The notes below the pieces were generated by a model that was not told where the DNA came from, did no database searches, and was given only the letters and a program-made list of their open reading frames with translations. Source: a virus (taxonomy: Duplodnaviria; Heunggongvirae; Uroviricota; Caudoviricetes). From it: 20,274 bases of DNA. Both the position numbers and the translations under genes were made by a program. Numbering within the stretch: position 1 is the stretch's first letter; every line of letters begins with the position of its first letter. Positions 7,639-17,500 of this stretch are shown here, piece after piece. The DNA lies in IMG/VR virus record IMGVR_UViG_2548877009_000004; one strand, given 5' to 3'.

Positions 7639-8734
7639 ACGGCTGCGTGATGAATCAATTGCTCATGCAGTCTGGATATCCCGCTATAGCACTGGCGTGG
7701 CTGCCAGAATGGTGAAAATACTGAATGACAGCGATGCGGAACTTACTGCTCGCCTGCTGATAGCACTGGACAGCCTCGATCCAGGTAGTTTTACCGTTAA
7801 GCGCCTGGAGTCACTTCTGGCGAGCGTCAGAGAGGTTAACCGCACTGCTATTAACAGCATGTTTACCAGTCTCTCCAGAGAGCTGAACGAGCTGGCAATT
7901 TATGAGGCTGGTTATCAGTTAAGTCTGTTTGATTCTATGCTACCTGATTTTGTTGCTGATGTTCACCCTCTGGTTGGTATCTCTCCTGATGCACTTTATG
8001 CCGCTGCAATGGCGCGACCATTCCAGGGACGACTGCTCAGTGAGTGGGCCTCAGATCTTGAGGCGGATCGGCTCAGACGCATAACAAATACAGTGCGTCA
8101 GGGTTTTTTGCTGGGGGATACCAATGAGCAGATCGCAAGAAAAATTCGGGGACATGTCAGTAAGGGATTTCAGGATGGTGCATTGCAGATGAGCCGGGCT
8201 AATGCGGCCAGCATTGCAAAAACAGCGGTTGGACATCTTGCTGCTACTGCCCGTGAGAGTTTTGCCAGCGCGAATAATGATTTGATTAAGGGTAAGCAAT
8301 GGTTATCAACGCTTGATAATCGTACTACGCCACAATGTCGAATCAGGGATCGCCTCAAATATACGCTGAATAATAAACCTGTAGGTCACAGCGTGCCTTA
8401 TTTGCAGGGGCCGGGAAAAATTCATTTCTGCTGCCGCTCAACGGAAACGTTCATTCTGAAATCAGCGAAGGAACTGGGTATTGATGTTCGCGATATTTCC
8501 CCGGCTGAGCGGGCCAGCATGGATGGCGTGGTGGCCGGAGATACAACCTACAGGGAATGGTTTTTGCGTCAGCCTTACACCAGACAAAAACAGATTGTGG
8601 GGGAAACCCGAGCAAAGCTGATTCGGGATGGTGGTATGTCGCCAGATGAATTTTACACCGATAAAGGCGAATGGCTGACGCTGAAGCAGCTCCGTGAGCG
8701 TGATGCACAGGTATTCAGAAAAGCAGGGATTTAA
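7619..8734 (+). CDS. Head morphogenesis / minor capsid protein (SPP1 gp7 / Mu F-like)
   Basis: 371-aa ORF overlapping the portal stop by 20 nt. Conserved position between portal and scaffold; call by synteny and size rather than a recognised motif. Confidence 0.65.
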   Translation: MMQTVNERLRDESIAHAVWISRYSTGVAARMVKILNDSDAELTARLLIALDSLDPGSFTVKRLESLLASVREVNRTAINSMFTSLSRELNELAIYEAGYQLSLFDSMLPDFVADVHPLVGISPDALYAAAMARPFQGRLLSEWASDLEADRLRRITNTVRQGFLLGDTNEQIARKIRGHVSKGFQDGALQMSRANAASIAKTAVGHLAATARESFASANNDLIKGKQWLSTLDNRTTPQCRIRDRLKYTLNNKPVGHSVPYLQGPGKIHFCCRSTETFILKSAKELGIDVRDISPAERASMDGVVAGDTTYREWFLRQPYTRQKQIVGETRAKLIRDGGMSPDEFYTDKGEWLTLKQLRERDAQVFRKAGI

Positions 8735-8753
8735 ATAAATCATTTATTACAAC

Positions 8754-8779
8754 AGGCTACCTTCGGGTGGCCTTTTTTA
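8754..8779 (+). terminator. Intrinsic terminator (UUCG tetraloop) after the head morphogenesis gene
   Basis: aggctacc (8754-8761), ttcg loop, ggtggcct (8766-8773): an 8-bp stem with one G-U pair, followed by a run of six T. Confidence 0.65.
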
Positions 8780-8838
8780 TTGCTGCGATCCGGATGGTGA
8801 GCAGCGTAACTGTCGGAAGACTTAAACCAGGTACTAAT

Positions 8839-9603
8839 ATGAAACTGAAAACGGTCGAGATTAACGGAAAACAATACGCAGAAATTGATACTGCTGGCCT
8901 GCCAGTTTATGTGCACGACGATGGTAAAGAAATTGGCTTCGATGCACCGCTGGCGACAAAAAAAATTACAGAGCTTAATGGCGAGGCAAAAAATCATCGC
9001 CTGGCTAAAGAAGCTGCAGAGGAAAAACTGGCTAAGTTTGCCGCTATCGAAGACCCGAAGAAGGCGATCGAGGCACTGGAAATGCTGTCAAAAATCGACC
9101 AGAAAAAGCTGCTCGATGCGGGACAGGTTGACCAGGTTAAGGCAGAAATTACGAAAAATTTTCAGCAGCAATTAGATGAAGAAAAGCAACGCTCTCAGAT
9201 GCTGGAGAAGCAGCTTTACGATTCTATGATTGGCGGTAGTTTTGCGGGTTCAAAATATATTGCCGATAAAATTGCGATCCCGGCAGATTTATTACAAGCC
9301 CGCTTCGGGCAGGCATTCAAAGTGGAAGAAGGGAGGATCGTTGCTTATGACGCTTCCGGCAACAAAATTTATTCCCGCGCGAAGCCTGGCGAACTGGCGC
9401 AGTTTGATGAGGCGCTGGAGTTCCTTGTCGAAAATTACCCTCAGAAAGACTACATCCTGAAAGCCAGTGGCAACAATGGCGGCGGCTCCCGTCCGACACA
9501 GCATGATATTGGTCAGAAAACGATGAAACGCTCTGCTTTTGATGCACTGGATGTTGCAGGTAAGCAAAACGCATTGAAAGACGGTATCACAATCGTTGAT
9601 TAA
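8839..9603 (+). CDS. Capsid scaffolding protein
   Basis: Begins MKLKTVEINGKQYAEIDTAG...; highly charged, helix-rich composition (EEKLAKFAAIEDPKKAIEALEMLSKIDQKKLLDAG). Lies directly before the major capsid gene. The longer track ORF (start 8767) would run through the upstream terminator, so ATG 8839 is preferred. Confidence 0.65.
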   Translation: MKLKTVEINGKQYAEIDTAGLPVYVHDDGKEIGFDAPLATKKITELNGEAKNHRLAKEAAEEKLAKFAAIEDPKKAIEALEMLSKIDQKKLLDAGQVDQVKAEITKNFQQQLDEEKQRSQMLEKQLYDSMIGGSFAGSKYIADKIAIPADLLQARFGQAFKVEEGRIVAYDASGNKIYSRAKPGELAQFDEALEFLVENYPQKDYILKASGNNGGGSRPTQHDIGQKTMKRSAFDALDVAGKQNALKDGITIVD

Positions 9604-9701
9604 CACATTTGTCAGCTTCCGGATGGGAGCTGGTGTCAGGGCTGGATAGCTCATTACTCCATCTATTCACAATTACGCAAATTTTTAAGGAATATTTAAT
9701 T

Positions 9702-10841
9702 ATGGCTGGAAATACCCTGACCGGGTTGATCCCGACTATTTATACCGCCCTGGATGTTGTATCCCGTGAGCAGGTAGGTTTTATCCCTGCGGTAGCAAAA
9801 AACGCAAAAGCTGACGCCGCAGCAAAAGATCAGACGGTAACCGCGCCAGTTGCGCCTGAGGCGAAAACCGAAGATATCGTACCGGGGCCGTCAGCTCCGA
9901 ATACCGGTGATCAAAATATTGGCACTGTTGATGTAAAAATTACTAAATCCAAAATGGCACCGGTTAAATGGAATGGTGAAGAACAACTGGCTCTTGGCCC
10001 TTCAGGGACTTACAACACCATTCTGGCTGATCAGTTCAAGCAGGCTTTTCGCGCCCTTGCAAACGAGGTTGAGGCTGATCTTGGTGCGTTGTATTTCGGT
10101 GCTTCCCGCGCCGTGGGAACCGCAGGGACAACGCCGTTTGGTGTTAAAGATGATCTTTCTGATGCTGCTCTGGCTCGTCAGGTTCTGGAGGATAACGGCG
10201 CACCGACAACCGATCTGCAGATGGTGCTTGGCTCCACTGCCATTGCTAATTTGCGCGGAAAACAGTCTGTATTGTTTAAAGTGAATGAATCCGGCACTGA
10301 ACAGCTACTGCGTGAGGGCGTGTTGGGGCGTCTGGAGGGATTCAATATTCACAGTTCGGCAGGTGTGAAACGAGCGCCAAAGGTTGCTGCAACTGGTTAT
10401 CTCGTGAATGGAGAGAAAAAAGAAGGCGATGTTCTTATTTCCATTGATACTGGTTCGGGGAGTATTTCTGCAGGTCAGATTGTTACGTTCGCTGGTGATC
10501 CGAATCAGTATGTTGTGGCAGCAGCGACCAGCAATCTGATTACTCTTGCAGCGCCCGGACTGCGTCAGGATCTGGCCGATGATACTGCCATCACAGTTGT
10601 TGGGGCCTTTACGGCAAATATGGCGTTTGATCGCAACGCGTTTCTGCTGGCATCCCGTACTCCGGCAATGCCGGAAGGTGGCGATAATGCTGATGATGTA
10701 ATGAATGTTACGGACCCGATTTCAGGGATTACGTTCCAGATTGCACTGTATCGTCAGTATCGCCAGGTGCGCTATGAAGTTGGACTGGCATGGGGTGTTT
10801 CATCAGTGAAGCCGGCACATGGTTGTCTGATTCTTGGTTAA
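9702..10841 (+). CDS. Major capsid protein
   Basis: 379 aa from ATG 9702, with TAAGGA 10 nt upstream. Follows the scaffold gene and is followed by a strong terminator. The track's TTG 9609 start has no Shine-Dalgarno. Confidence 0.78.
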   Translation: MAGNTLTGLIPTIYTALDVVSREQVGFIPAVAKNAKADAAAKDQTVTAPVAPEAKTEDIVPGPSAPNTGDQNIGTVDVKITKSKMAPVKWNGEEQLALGPSGTYNTILADQFKQAFRALANEVEADLGALYFGASRAVGTAGTTPFGVKDDLSDAALARQVLEDNGAPTTDLQMVLGSTAIANLRGKQSVLFKVNESGTEQLLREGVLGRLEGFNIHSSAGVKRAPKVAATGYLVNGEKKEGDVLISIDTGSGSISAGQIVTFAGDPNQYVVAAATSNLITLAAPGLRQDLADDTAITVVGAFTANMAFDRNAFLLASRTPAMPEGGDNADDVMNVTDPISGITFQIALYRQYRQVRYEVGLAWGVSSVKPAHGCLILG

Positions 10842-10851
10842 ACATTCAAAC

Positions 10852-10871
10852 GGGGCTTCGGCCCCATTTTT
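10852..10871 (+). terminator. Intrinsic terminator (UUCG tetraloop) after the major capsid gene
   Basis: ggggc ttcg gcccc perfect 5-bp GC stem followed by atttttaat. Confidence 0.7.
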
Positions 10872-10883
10872 AATGGGGGGCAT

Positions 10884-11060
10884 ATGGCCGGATTAACTAA
10901 AGAGCAAAGAGCACAGCGTGAAGCCGCACAAAAAACGCAAATTGAGTTAGTGGTTATGGTGACCGATTATCAGATGTTTCCCGGCGCACCAACTATCGCT
11001 AATGTTCATCCTGATGAAGTTGACAACTGGAAGGCTATGGGCTGGAAAACTCAGGAGTAA
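10884..11060 (+). CDS. Small hypothetical protein (58 aa), not in the ORF track
   Basis: ATG 10884 preceded by GGGGGG; translates to MAGLTKEQRAQREAAQKTQIELVVMVTDYQMFPGAPTIANVHPDEVDNWKAMGWKTQE. Its stop (11058-11060) lies within the AGGAG Shine-Dalgarno region of the next gene. Below the track's apparent 60-aa cut-off. Confidence 0.35.
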   Translation: MAGLTKEQRAQREAAQKTQIELVVMVTDYQMFPGAPTIANVHPDEVDNWKAMGWKTQE

Positions 11061-11063
11061 CAC

Positions 11064-11459
11064 ATGATCACTTACGTGACCTGTGATGACGTTGATAATG
11101 CGTTTGGGAACGCCTGGACGAGTGAGAACGCTAAAAATAAAGCTGTTTTAATGGCTAATGCCTGGCTTAATGGCTTCAACCTGAAAATTAACCCATCCCG
11201 TATTCCGGAAGAGGTAAAACTTGCGGGAGCATATGCAGCCAGAATTGCCTCATTCGGTAAGTTGTTTCAGCAGAAAAATGATTCTGGCGTTGTTATCAGT
11301 AAAGCCGTGTCGGCTGACGGGGTCAGTGTATCGAAATCATTTTCTGAGTTGCCAGCAAACAGCACTGCATTGCTTGAACCCGATTTACAGCTTGCGATAG
11401 CACTGCTGAAACCGTACGGACTTAGTCGCTCACAAGTCAGGGTTGTGAGGGGGGGATAA
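11064..11459 (+). CDS. Head-tail connector (gp6-like) protein
   Basis: 131-aa ORF immediately after the capsid genes, AGGAG before ATG 11064. Call by synteny. Confidence 0.55.
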   Translation: MITYVTCDDVDNAFGNAWTSENAKNKAVLMANAWLNGFNLKINPSRIPEEVKLAGAYAARIASFGKLFQQKNDSGVVISKAVSADGVSVSKSFSELPANSTALLEPDLQLAIALLKPYGLSRSQVRVVRGG

Positions 11460-11842
11460 TGGGGCTTCGTGAAGAGATTCAGTCAGAGGTTGCCGCTGCT
11501 TTTGATGAGGATTTAGCGGACGCCGTGAGTGATTTTTCTGGTTCTTACGTTACGCACCGGCACTGGGATCCTGTGACGGAAACTGGCGGCGAATCCACCG
11601 CAATCTATACCGGGCGAGGCGTGTTGACACGTTATAAGCTGGGCAGAATTGATGGGATTAATATTTTGCATGGTGACCTTAAATTAACCGCTCTGGTATG
11701 CGAGGTTACGGATAAACCAGCTGTCGACCATATTATTGAGATTTATGATCCTGTATCAAGGCAGTTACAACGATACGAGGTAATTACAGCAAGTGTAGAG
11801 CCTTCCGCATCAGTTTACTCTATCCAGTTAAGGAGAGCGTAA
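11459..11842 (+). CDS. Head closure / head-tail joining protein
   Basis: 127-aa ORF whose ATG overlaps the previous stop (TAATGG). Call by synteny. Confidence 0.5.
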   Translation: MGLREEIQSEVAAAFDEDLADAVSDFSGSYVTHRHWDPVTETGGESTAIYTGRGVLTRYKLGRIDGINILHGDLKLTALVCEVTDKPAVDHIIEIYDPVSRQLQRYEVITASVEPSASVYSIQLRRA

Positions 11843-12223
11843 ATGGCAAAGGCATGGGATATAGAACCGTCAATATTTGCCGGGATGATTGAGGAAGATG
11901 TAGGGCTGAAGATTCGCTACATCGCTATTCAGATTCTTACTGCTATTGATATTGCTGCTCCGGTTGATACCGGACGTTTCAGAAATAACAACCTGGTGTC
12001 GTTACAGCATCCCGATTTTGGTATATCTGATAACGTGGATCCGAACGGTACGATTGCTGTTCAGCGTGGGATCGGGGTTATTTCGAAAGCTGCAAATTAC
12101 GGAGTTATTTATATCCAGAATAACCTTCCTTATGCAGAGGCTCTTGAAAACGGTCATTCACAACAAGCGCCAACTGGCGTGTATGCCAACGCTTTTCATG
12201 GTGTTTTACAGGCTTACAAATGA
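11843..12223 (+). CDS. Tail component (HK97 gp10-like / neck protein)
   Basis: 126-aa ORF; TAAATG coupling to the previous gene and AGGAG upstream. Call by synteny. Confidence 0.5.
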   Translation: MAKAWDIEPSIFAGMIEEDVGLKIRYIAIQILTAIDIAAPVDTGRFRNNNLVSLQHPDFGISDNVDPNGTIAVQRGIGVISKAANYGVIYIQNNLPYAEALENGHSQQAPTGVYANAFHGVLQAYK

Positions 12224-12612
12224 CGTTTACTGAAATCAGAAATACGGTTATTTCCAGAATGACGGCACAGACGATTATTGATGGAAAAGACGTATTGTAT
12301 CCGAACGCGCCAACGTTCGATCCTTCCGGTAAGTTAATCTGGGCGCGGTTAAGTAATATTCCCGGGCAGGCTGGAGTTAATGAAATTGGCGCGGGGCCGA
12401 TTGTTTATCGCACGGGGATAATCATTATTCAGTTATTTGTCCCCGCAGGTTCTGGTTCAAAACTCATTACTGAGACAGCCGATAAATTGCGGGAACTGTT
12501 TGAGTTTCAGGATGACGATCGTCTCAGTTACCAGGCTGTTTCCTCAATAGCCGTTGGCGAAAAGAATGGCTGGTTCCAGCTTAATCTTCAAATTCCATAT
12601 CGCGCGCTCTAG
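12220..12612 (+). CDS. Tail completion / tail terminator protein (gpU-like position)
   Basis: 130-aa ORF with ATGA overlap to the previous gene, immediately upstream of the major tail gene. Confidence 0.5.
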   Translation: MTFTEIRNTVISRMTAQTIIDGKDVLYPNAPTFDPSGKLIWARLSNIPGQAGVNEIGAGPIVYRTGIIIIQLFVPAGSGSKLITETADKLRELFEFQDDDRLSYQAVSSIAVGEKNGWFQLNLQIPYRAL

Positions 12613-12638
12613 CGCAATTAATGACATAGGAGGCTCCT

Positions 12639-13601
12639 GTGAGTTCAGGTGCAAAGGTTATCTCGGCATTTATCCGGGAGACGGTTGCAGGCACTACGCC
12701 AGCAAGTGGTGACTGGAGTTTATTAAAACGCACAAGCTGGGGAGTAAAACCCACCCAGAATAAAGGCGAAAATAATGAGATTGGTGGCTCCCGGATGGCT
12801 CAGGGGGCGACGCCTGGCACTGTGGATGTCGGCGGTGATGTTGGTACCAAATTTCGCTGGGGTCAACATGATGATTTTCTTGCATCCTGTTTCGGCGCGG
12901 AATGGTCAGGCGATTCTCTGACAATGGGGAATGAGCGAATAACATTTTCTCTGGCGACCTATGCGTCCGATGTCGGAATTGCCTCTGTCGTCAGAGGAGC
13001 GCAGGTTGGCTCATGGAAAATGCAGATCCCTAACGACGGCGATATTACAGCGACCGTAACCTTTGCCGGACTGGACTGGGAATCAAAGGCCGATGATACG
13101 AATTTTATCAAAGGCGAACCTGTGGATAGTGCAGGAAAGCTACGTTATTCGTTTAAGGAGGTTTCAGCAGTAAGCCTGAATGGTGTTGCCGGAGGTAACG
13201 GTTTTTGTATCGACAGTTTTGATATTCAGTTCGATAACAAACTCCAGACACAGCGTTGTATCGGGACTGGCTCGCCTTATGCAGGAGCAAATATTCCGAC
13301 TACTTTTACACCGTCCGGTACGGTGACGCTTTCATGGTCTAAAGCCGCGTGGGAAATCTGGAGTAAAACACTGACTGGAGAAACAGTTCCGATCAGCTTC
13401 ACGCTTTCGAATGGAGAGGGGGCATACACTTTCAGTTTCCCGAAGGTTCAGGTGTCAGGTGAATGGCCTGATGGGGGTAATAGCGACATTATCCAGGTTC
13501 AATTGAGCATTACCGCAGCAGATGAAGCACCTACGATAACCAGAAAAAAAAATTCCCCGGCTGCCGTGATCGCAAAAGCCAGTGCTGAGGCGATTAGTTG
13601 A
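12639..13601 (+). CDS. Major tail (tube) protein
   Basis: 320-aa ORF starting at GTG 12639 with AGGAGG 6 nt upstream. Gly/Ser/Thr-rich, beta-type composition. Sits directly before the G/GT chaperone pair. Confidence 0.65.
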   Translation: MSSGAKVISAFIRETVAGTTPASGDWSLLKRTSWGVKPTQNKGENNEIGGSRMAQGATPGTVDVGGDVGTKFRWGQHDDFLASCFGAEWSGDSLTMGNERITFSLATYASDVGIASVVRGAQVGSWKMQIPNDGDITATVTFAGLDWESKADDTNFIKGEPVDSAGKLRYSFKEVSAVSLNGVAGGNGFCIDSFDIQFDNKLQTQRCIGTGSPYAGANIPTTFTPSGTVTLSWSKAAWEIWSKTLTGETVPISFTLSNGEGAYTFSFPKVQVSGEWPDGGNSDIIQVQLSITAADEAPTITRKKNSPAAVIAKASAEAIS

Positions 13602-13649
13602 TTTTCCGTTATTCCTCCTGTGGTACTGCCCTACAGGGGGACGCATTGA

Positions 13650-14111
13650 ATGAGGTTATGGATGTTTATTCTTAATCAGAAAATTATCATTGGTGGAGAA
13701 CGCTGGTTTACGCCAATGAAGGACTTAAAACCTGTAGACGGGTTAAAACTGTTGGTGGCAAGCAGCGATAACGATCAGTATCGCTCCCGTAATGCATTAA
13801 TCCGTCGCCACATTGAGAAAATGGATGCCAGTTTGCACGTCGGAACGAAGGAGTTTGATATTTCAAAGGTTTCCGAGGTGGATTCTGTTGATGATTTACT
13901 CATTGATAATGCCGCTCGTTATCTGCTGAAAGACTGGAAAGGGGTTGGTGAACTGGTTAATGGTGTTGAGGTTGCACTGGAATATACGGCAGAACGAGGG
14001 ATCGCGCTGCTTAAGCAGAATCCAGAGTTGTACTGGCAGATCCTTGCAGAAGCAGCCAGCATCGCCCAGGGTAAAGAGCAGCAGAAGCAGGATACGATAA
14101 AAAAGCCATAG
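13650..14111 (+). CDS. Tail assembly chaperone (lambda gpG analogue)
   Basis: 153-aa acidic protein between the major tail and tape measure genes. It ends ...QDTIKKP with the slippery heptamer A AAA AAG inside its last codons. AGGGGGA lies upstream of ATG 13650. Confidence 0.7.
   Translation: MRLWMFILNQKIIIGGERWFTPMKDLKPVDGLKLLVASSDNDQYRSRNALIRRHIEKMDASLHVGTKEFDISKVSEVDSVDDLLIDNAARYLLKDWKGVGELVNGVEVALEYTAERGIALLKQNPELYWQILAEAASIAQGKEQQKQDTIKKP
14099..14105 (+). other. Programmed -1 ribosomal frameshift slippery site (A AAA AAG)
   Basis: Heptamer X XXY YYZ in the G frame, 2 codons before the G stop. The -1 frame is open from 14075 to 14419. Confidence 0.65.
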
Positions 14112-14419
14112 CTGCCCAGCGGTGGTTATCGGAGTTCGGGGGAGAAAGGGGGGAAAAGGCAAGATGGAAGCGAGAAAAACTCAGGTTGCCACCGATACCG
14201 GAACCAGAAATAGACCCGGTGCTTAAGGAGTTGTTGTACGCCTATTCGGTAATATCCCGTGCCCGACGTTATGCTGGAATGGCTGGGGTGCCTTTGCCTT
14301 TATCTCTGACAGAGATAAATGAATATTTAGCCACTCATCCGGTATTGATTGAGCGCGATGAATTTGAAGCAGTGATCTTTGCACTGGATGACCAGTATTT
14401 TCAGGAGCAGTGTGTGTAG
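14105..14419 (+). CDS. Tail assembly chaperone frameshift extension (lambda gpT analogue; expressed as a G-T fusion)
   Basis: The -1 frame relative to G is open from 14075 and ends at TAG 14417-14419. The track lists it only from TTG 14186 (77 aa); read from the slip site it adds about 104 aa to G. Confidence 0.65.
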   Translation, partial: AIAAQRWLSEFGGERGEKARWKREKLRLPPIPEPEIDPVLKELLYAYSVISRARRYAGMAGVPLPLSLTEINEYLATHPVLIERDEFEAVIFALDDQYFQEQCV

Positions 14420-14539
14420 TTGTTAATTACGTACACTCTGTTACAGAGATGTGATGGTGTCTTTAATTAAATCGATGATGCTCCTGGAGAAAAGCATTGC
14501 GTGGCCTCGTAATCGCTATATCTACTATTATGTCGCCTG

Positions 14540-14566
14540 AAACCCACTTCGCGGTGGGTTTTTTGT
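14540..14566 (+). terminator. Intrinsic terminator upstream of the tape measure gene
   Basis: aaacccac (14540-14547), ttcgcg loop, gtgggttt (14554-14561), then a T-run; AGGAG and ATG 14585 follow. Confidence 0.6.
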
Positions 14567-14584
14567 TGTCAGGAGTTTTAATAA

Positions 14585-17500
14585 ATGGCAGAGCAAACCT
14601 CGCGTCTCGCAATAATTATTGATAGCACTGGAGCGAAAAATAATGCTGACAATCTGACCTCCTCATTAGTCAAAATGACGCAGGCTGGGGAAACTGCTGC
14701 AAATAGCGCAGGGAAAGTGACTAAGGCAACAGAAGATGAGAAGAACGCGCTCGCAAAATTAAAAGCAGCTATTGATCCAGTTGGTGCCGCAATTGATACT
14801 GTCGGTCGACGCTATTCTGAATTAAAGAAATTTTTCGATAAAGGGCTTATTGATAAAGAAGAATATGAATTTCTTGTCCGTAAACTTAATGAAACCACAG
14901 AGGAATTGAGCGGGGTTGCGCAAGCGCAGAGAGAAGCCGAGAAGGCCGGAAAACTTGCTGCCGCCCAGCAGGAAGCGCAGGCTCAGGCCTTTCAAAGAAT
15001 GCTGGACAAGATCGACCCTCTGGCTGCGGCGCTAAGAAATCTTGAACAACAGCATGATGAACTTAATGCTGCGTTTGCATCCGGGAAAATAAATGGTTCT
15101 CAGTTTGAGAATTATAGCCGAAAAATACAGGAAACACGGCGAGAGCTTACCGGAGAGGCTCAGGCAGAGCGAGAAGCAGCAAAAGCGCATGATGAACAGG
15201 TTGTTGCTTTGCAACGTCTGATTGCTCAACTTGATCCTGTCGGAACTGCTTTTAATCGTCTGGTAGAACAACAGAAACAGCTCAATGAAGCAAAAGCTAA
15301 GGGGATGCTTTCTCCTGAAATGTATGAGGAGCTTTCTGGAAAACTTCGTGCTATGCGGAGTGAGCTTGAGGTTACTCAATCACAATTAAGCAAAACCGGA
15401 ATGTCGGCAAAACAAACGGCTTTTGCTATGCGCATGTTGCCTGCACAAATGACGGATATTGTTGTTGGGTTGTCCACTGGTCAGTCGCCATTTATGGTGT
15501 TAATGCAGCAGGGCGGCCAGCTAAAAGATATGTTCGGTGGGATTGGCCCGGCGATCAAAGGTGTAGGTTCTTATGTGCTGGGATTAATTAATCCTTTTAC
15601 CCTGGCCGCAGCAGCCGTTGGGGTCTTAGGACTGGCTTACTATAAAGGCTCTCAGGAGCAGGACGAATTTAATAAATCTCTTATTCTTACCGGAAATCAG
15701 TTGGGGACAACCAGCGGGCAATTGGGCGATATAGCTCAACGTGCCGGGAATGCGGCTGATTCGACAACTGGTGCTGCGGCGGCAGTATTAAATCAGCTTG
15801 TGCGTTCGGGAAAGGTAGCGAGCAGTTCGCTGGAGCAAGTGACGACAGCGATAGTAAAAACGAGCGAAGTAACAGGAATATCAACCGAACAACTGGTTAA
15901 TGACTTCAATGAAATTGCAAAGGATCCTGTCAGTGCCATATCAAAACTTAATGATCAGTACCATTTTCTGACACTTGCGACTTATAACCAGATTAAGGCG
16001 CTACAGGATGAAGGGAACCAGCAGGAGGCCGCCCGCATTGCGACAGAAGAATACTCATCCTCAATGATCCAGCGCACCAACCAGATTAAAGAAAATCTTG
16101 GTTATCTTGAGACTGCATGGAAAGCTGTCGCAGACTCCGCAAAATGGGCATGGGATTCCATGCTGGATATTGGCCGTGAGGCCTCCCTTGATCAAAAAAT
16201 CTCAGATGTTCTCCGTCAAATTGATGAAATAGAAAAAAATACCCGACCCGGAGTTTTCGGGTTAGGTGGCATTGGAGATGGCGGAGCTCAAAATAAAAGG
16301 CTGGCACGATTAAAGCAGCAATTGGGCGTACTTCAAGCAGAAAAAATTGCTCAGGACGTACTAAATTCATCAATAAACGATTACAACAAGCGACAACAGG
16401 AAGGAATTGAACTCAGACAGAGAGCAGATGCCTTTTCAAAACAATATCAGACCCGGGAGCAGCAGAGAGCTAGTGAACTTGCAAAACTGGAAAAGCTAAA
16501 GAATCAGTATTCAAAGGAAGAATATAATAATCTTATCGCTCAAATAAATGAGCGTTATAAAGATCCAAAGCAACCAAAGGCGAAAGGTTATTCTGATGAT
16601 GCAGCCCAACGAATGATTGATCATCTGAATCAACAGAATGCGTTACTAAGTTCACAAGCTGAGTTGACCGTTAAATTAAGTTCCTCTGAACAGGAACTGG
16701 TTAAGTGGCGTCAGCGGATTGCCGACCTAGAGTCACGACCATCATCGAAATTAACCCAGGATCAGAAATCGCTTCTCTTACACCGGGAAGAAATAACCGC
16801 GTTGATGGAGAAAAATGTTGCGATTGAAAAGAATAACAGGCTAATCAAGGAATCCGCCGAAATAACAGCATGGCGTGATTCATTGCAGGCTTCGATTGAT
16901 AATCGTCAGCAGGGGTATGATATTCAGATTGCTGGTTATGGGGTTGGCGATAAAAATCAGCAACGCCAGCAGGAATTACTGCGGATTGAACATGGATATA
17001 ACAATCAGCGTCTGCAACTTGAACGTGACTATGCAGATAAATCCCGTGGAATGTCAGATCATGTTTTTCAAGAGAAAATGCAGGCTCTGAATGATGCTCT
17101 GGAACGGGAAAAAGAAATTGTCAGACAGAAAAACGAGCAACTCGATATTCAGGCAGGAGACTGGGTTAGTGGTGCCTCCCAGGGATTCAATAACTGGCTG
17201 GATGACACTAAGGATATCAGTGAGCAGATAAAATCAACCACGACTCAGATGTTTGATGGGATGACCGATGCGCTGGGTGATTTTGTCACGACAGGCAAGG
17301 CAAATTTTCGTTCTTTCGCTACTTCCGTGATTTCGGATCTTAGTCGAATGGCATTAAAGGCTTCAATTACTGGGATTTTCGACAGCATTAGTAACAGTTC
17401 TTCTGGGGGGATTTTAGGAACTATCGGGAGTGCTATTAGTAAATTTATTCCGAATGCAAAGGGCGGTGTTTATGAGTCTCCGTCATTGAGCACGTATTCG

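Noticed and set aside
8767-8838. N-terminal extension of the scaffold ORF (track start 8767)
   Set aside because: The extension would be translated through the intrinsic terminator hairpin; ATG 8839 is the more plausible start.
9609-9701. TTG-initiated N-terminal extension of the major capsid ORF
   Set aside because: No Shine-Dalgarno before TTG 9609, whereas ATG 9702 has TAAGGA at good spacing.
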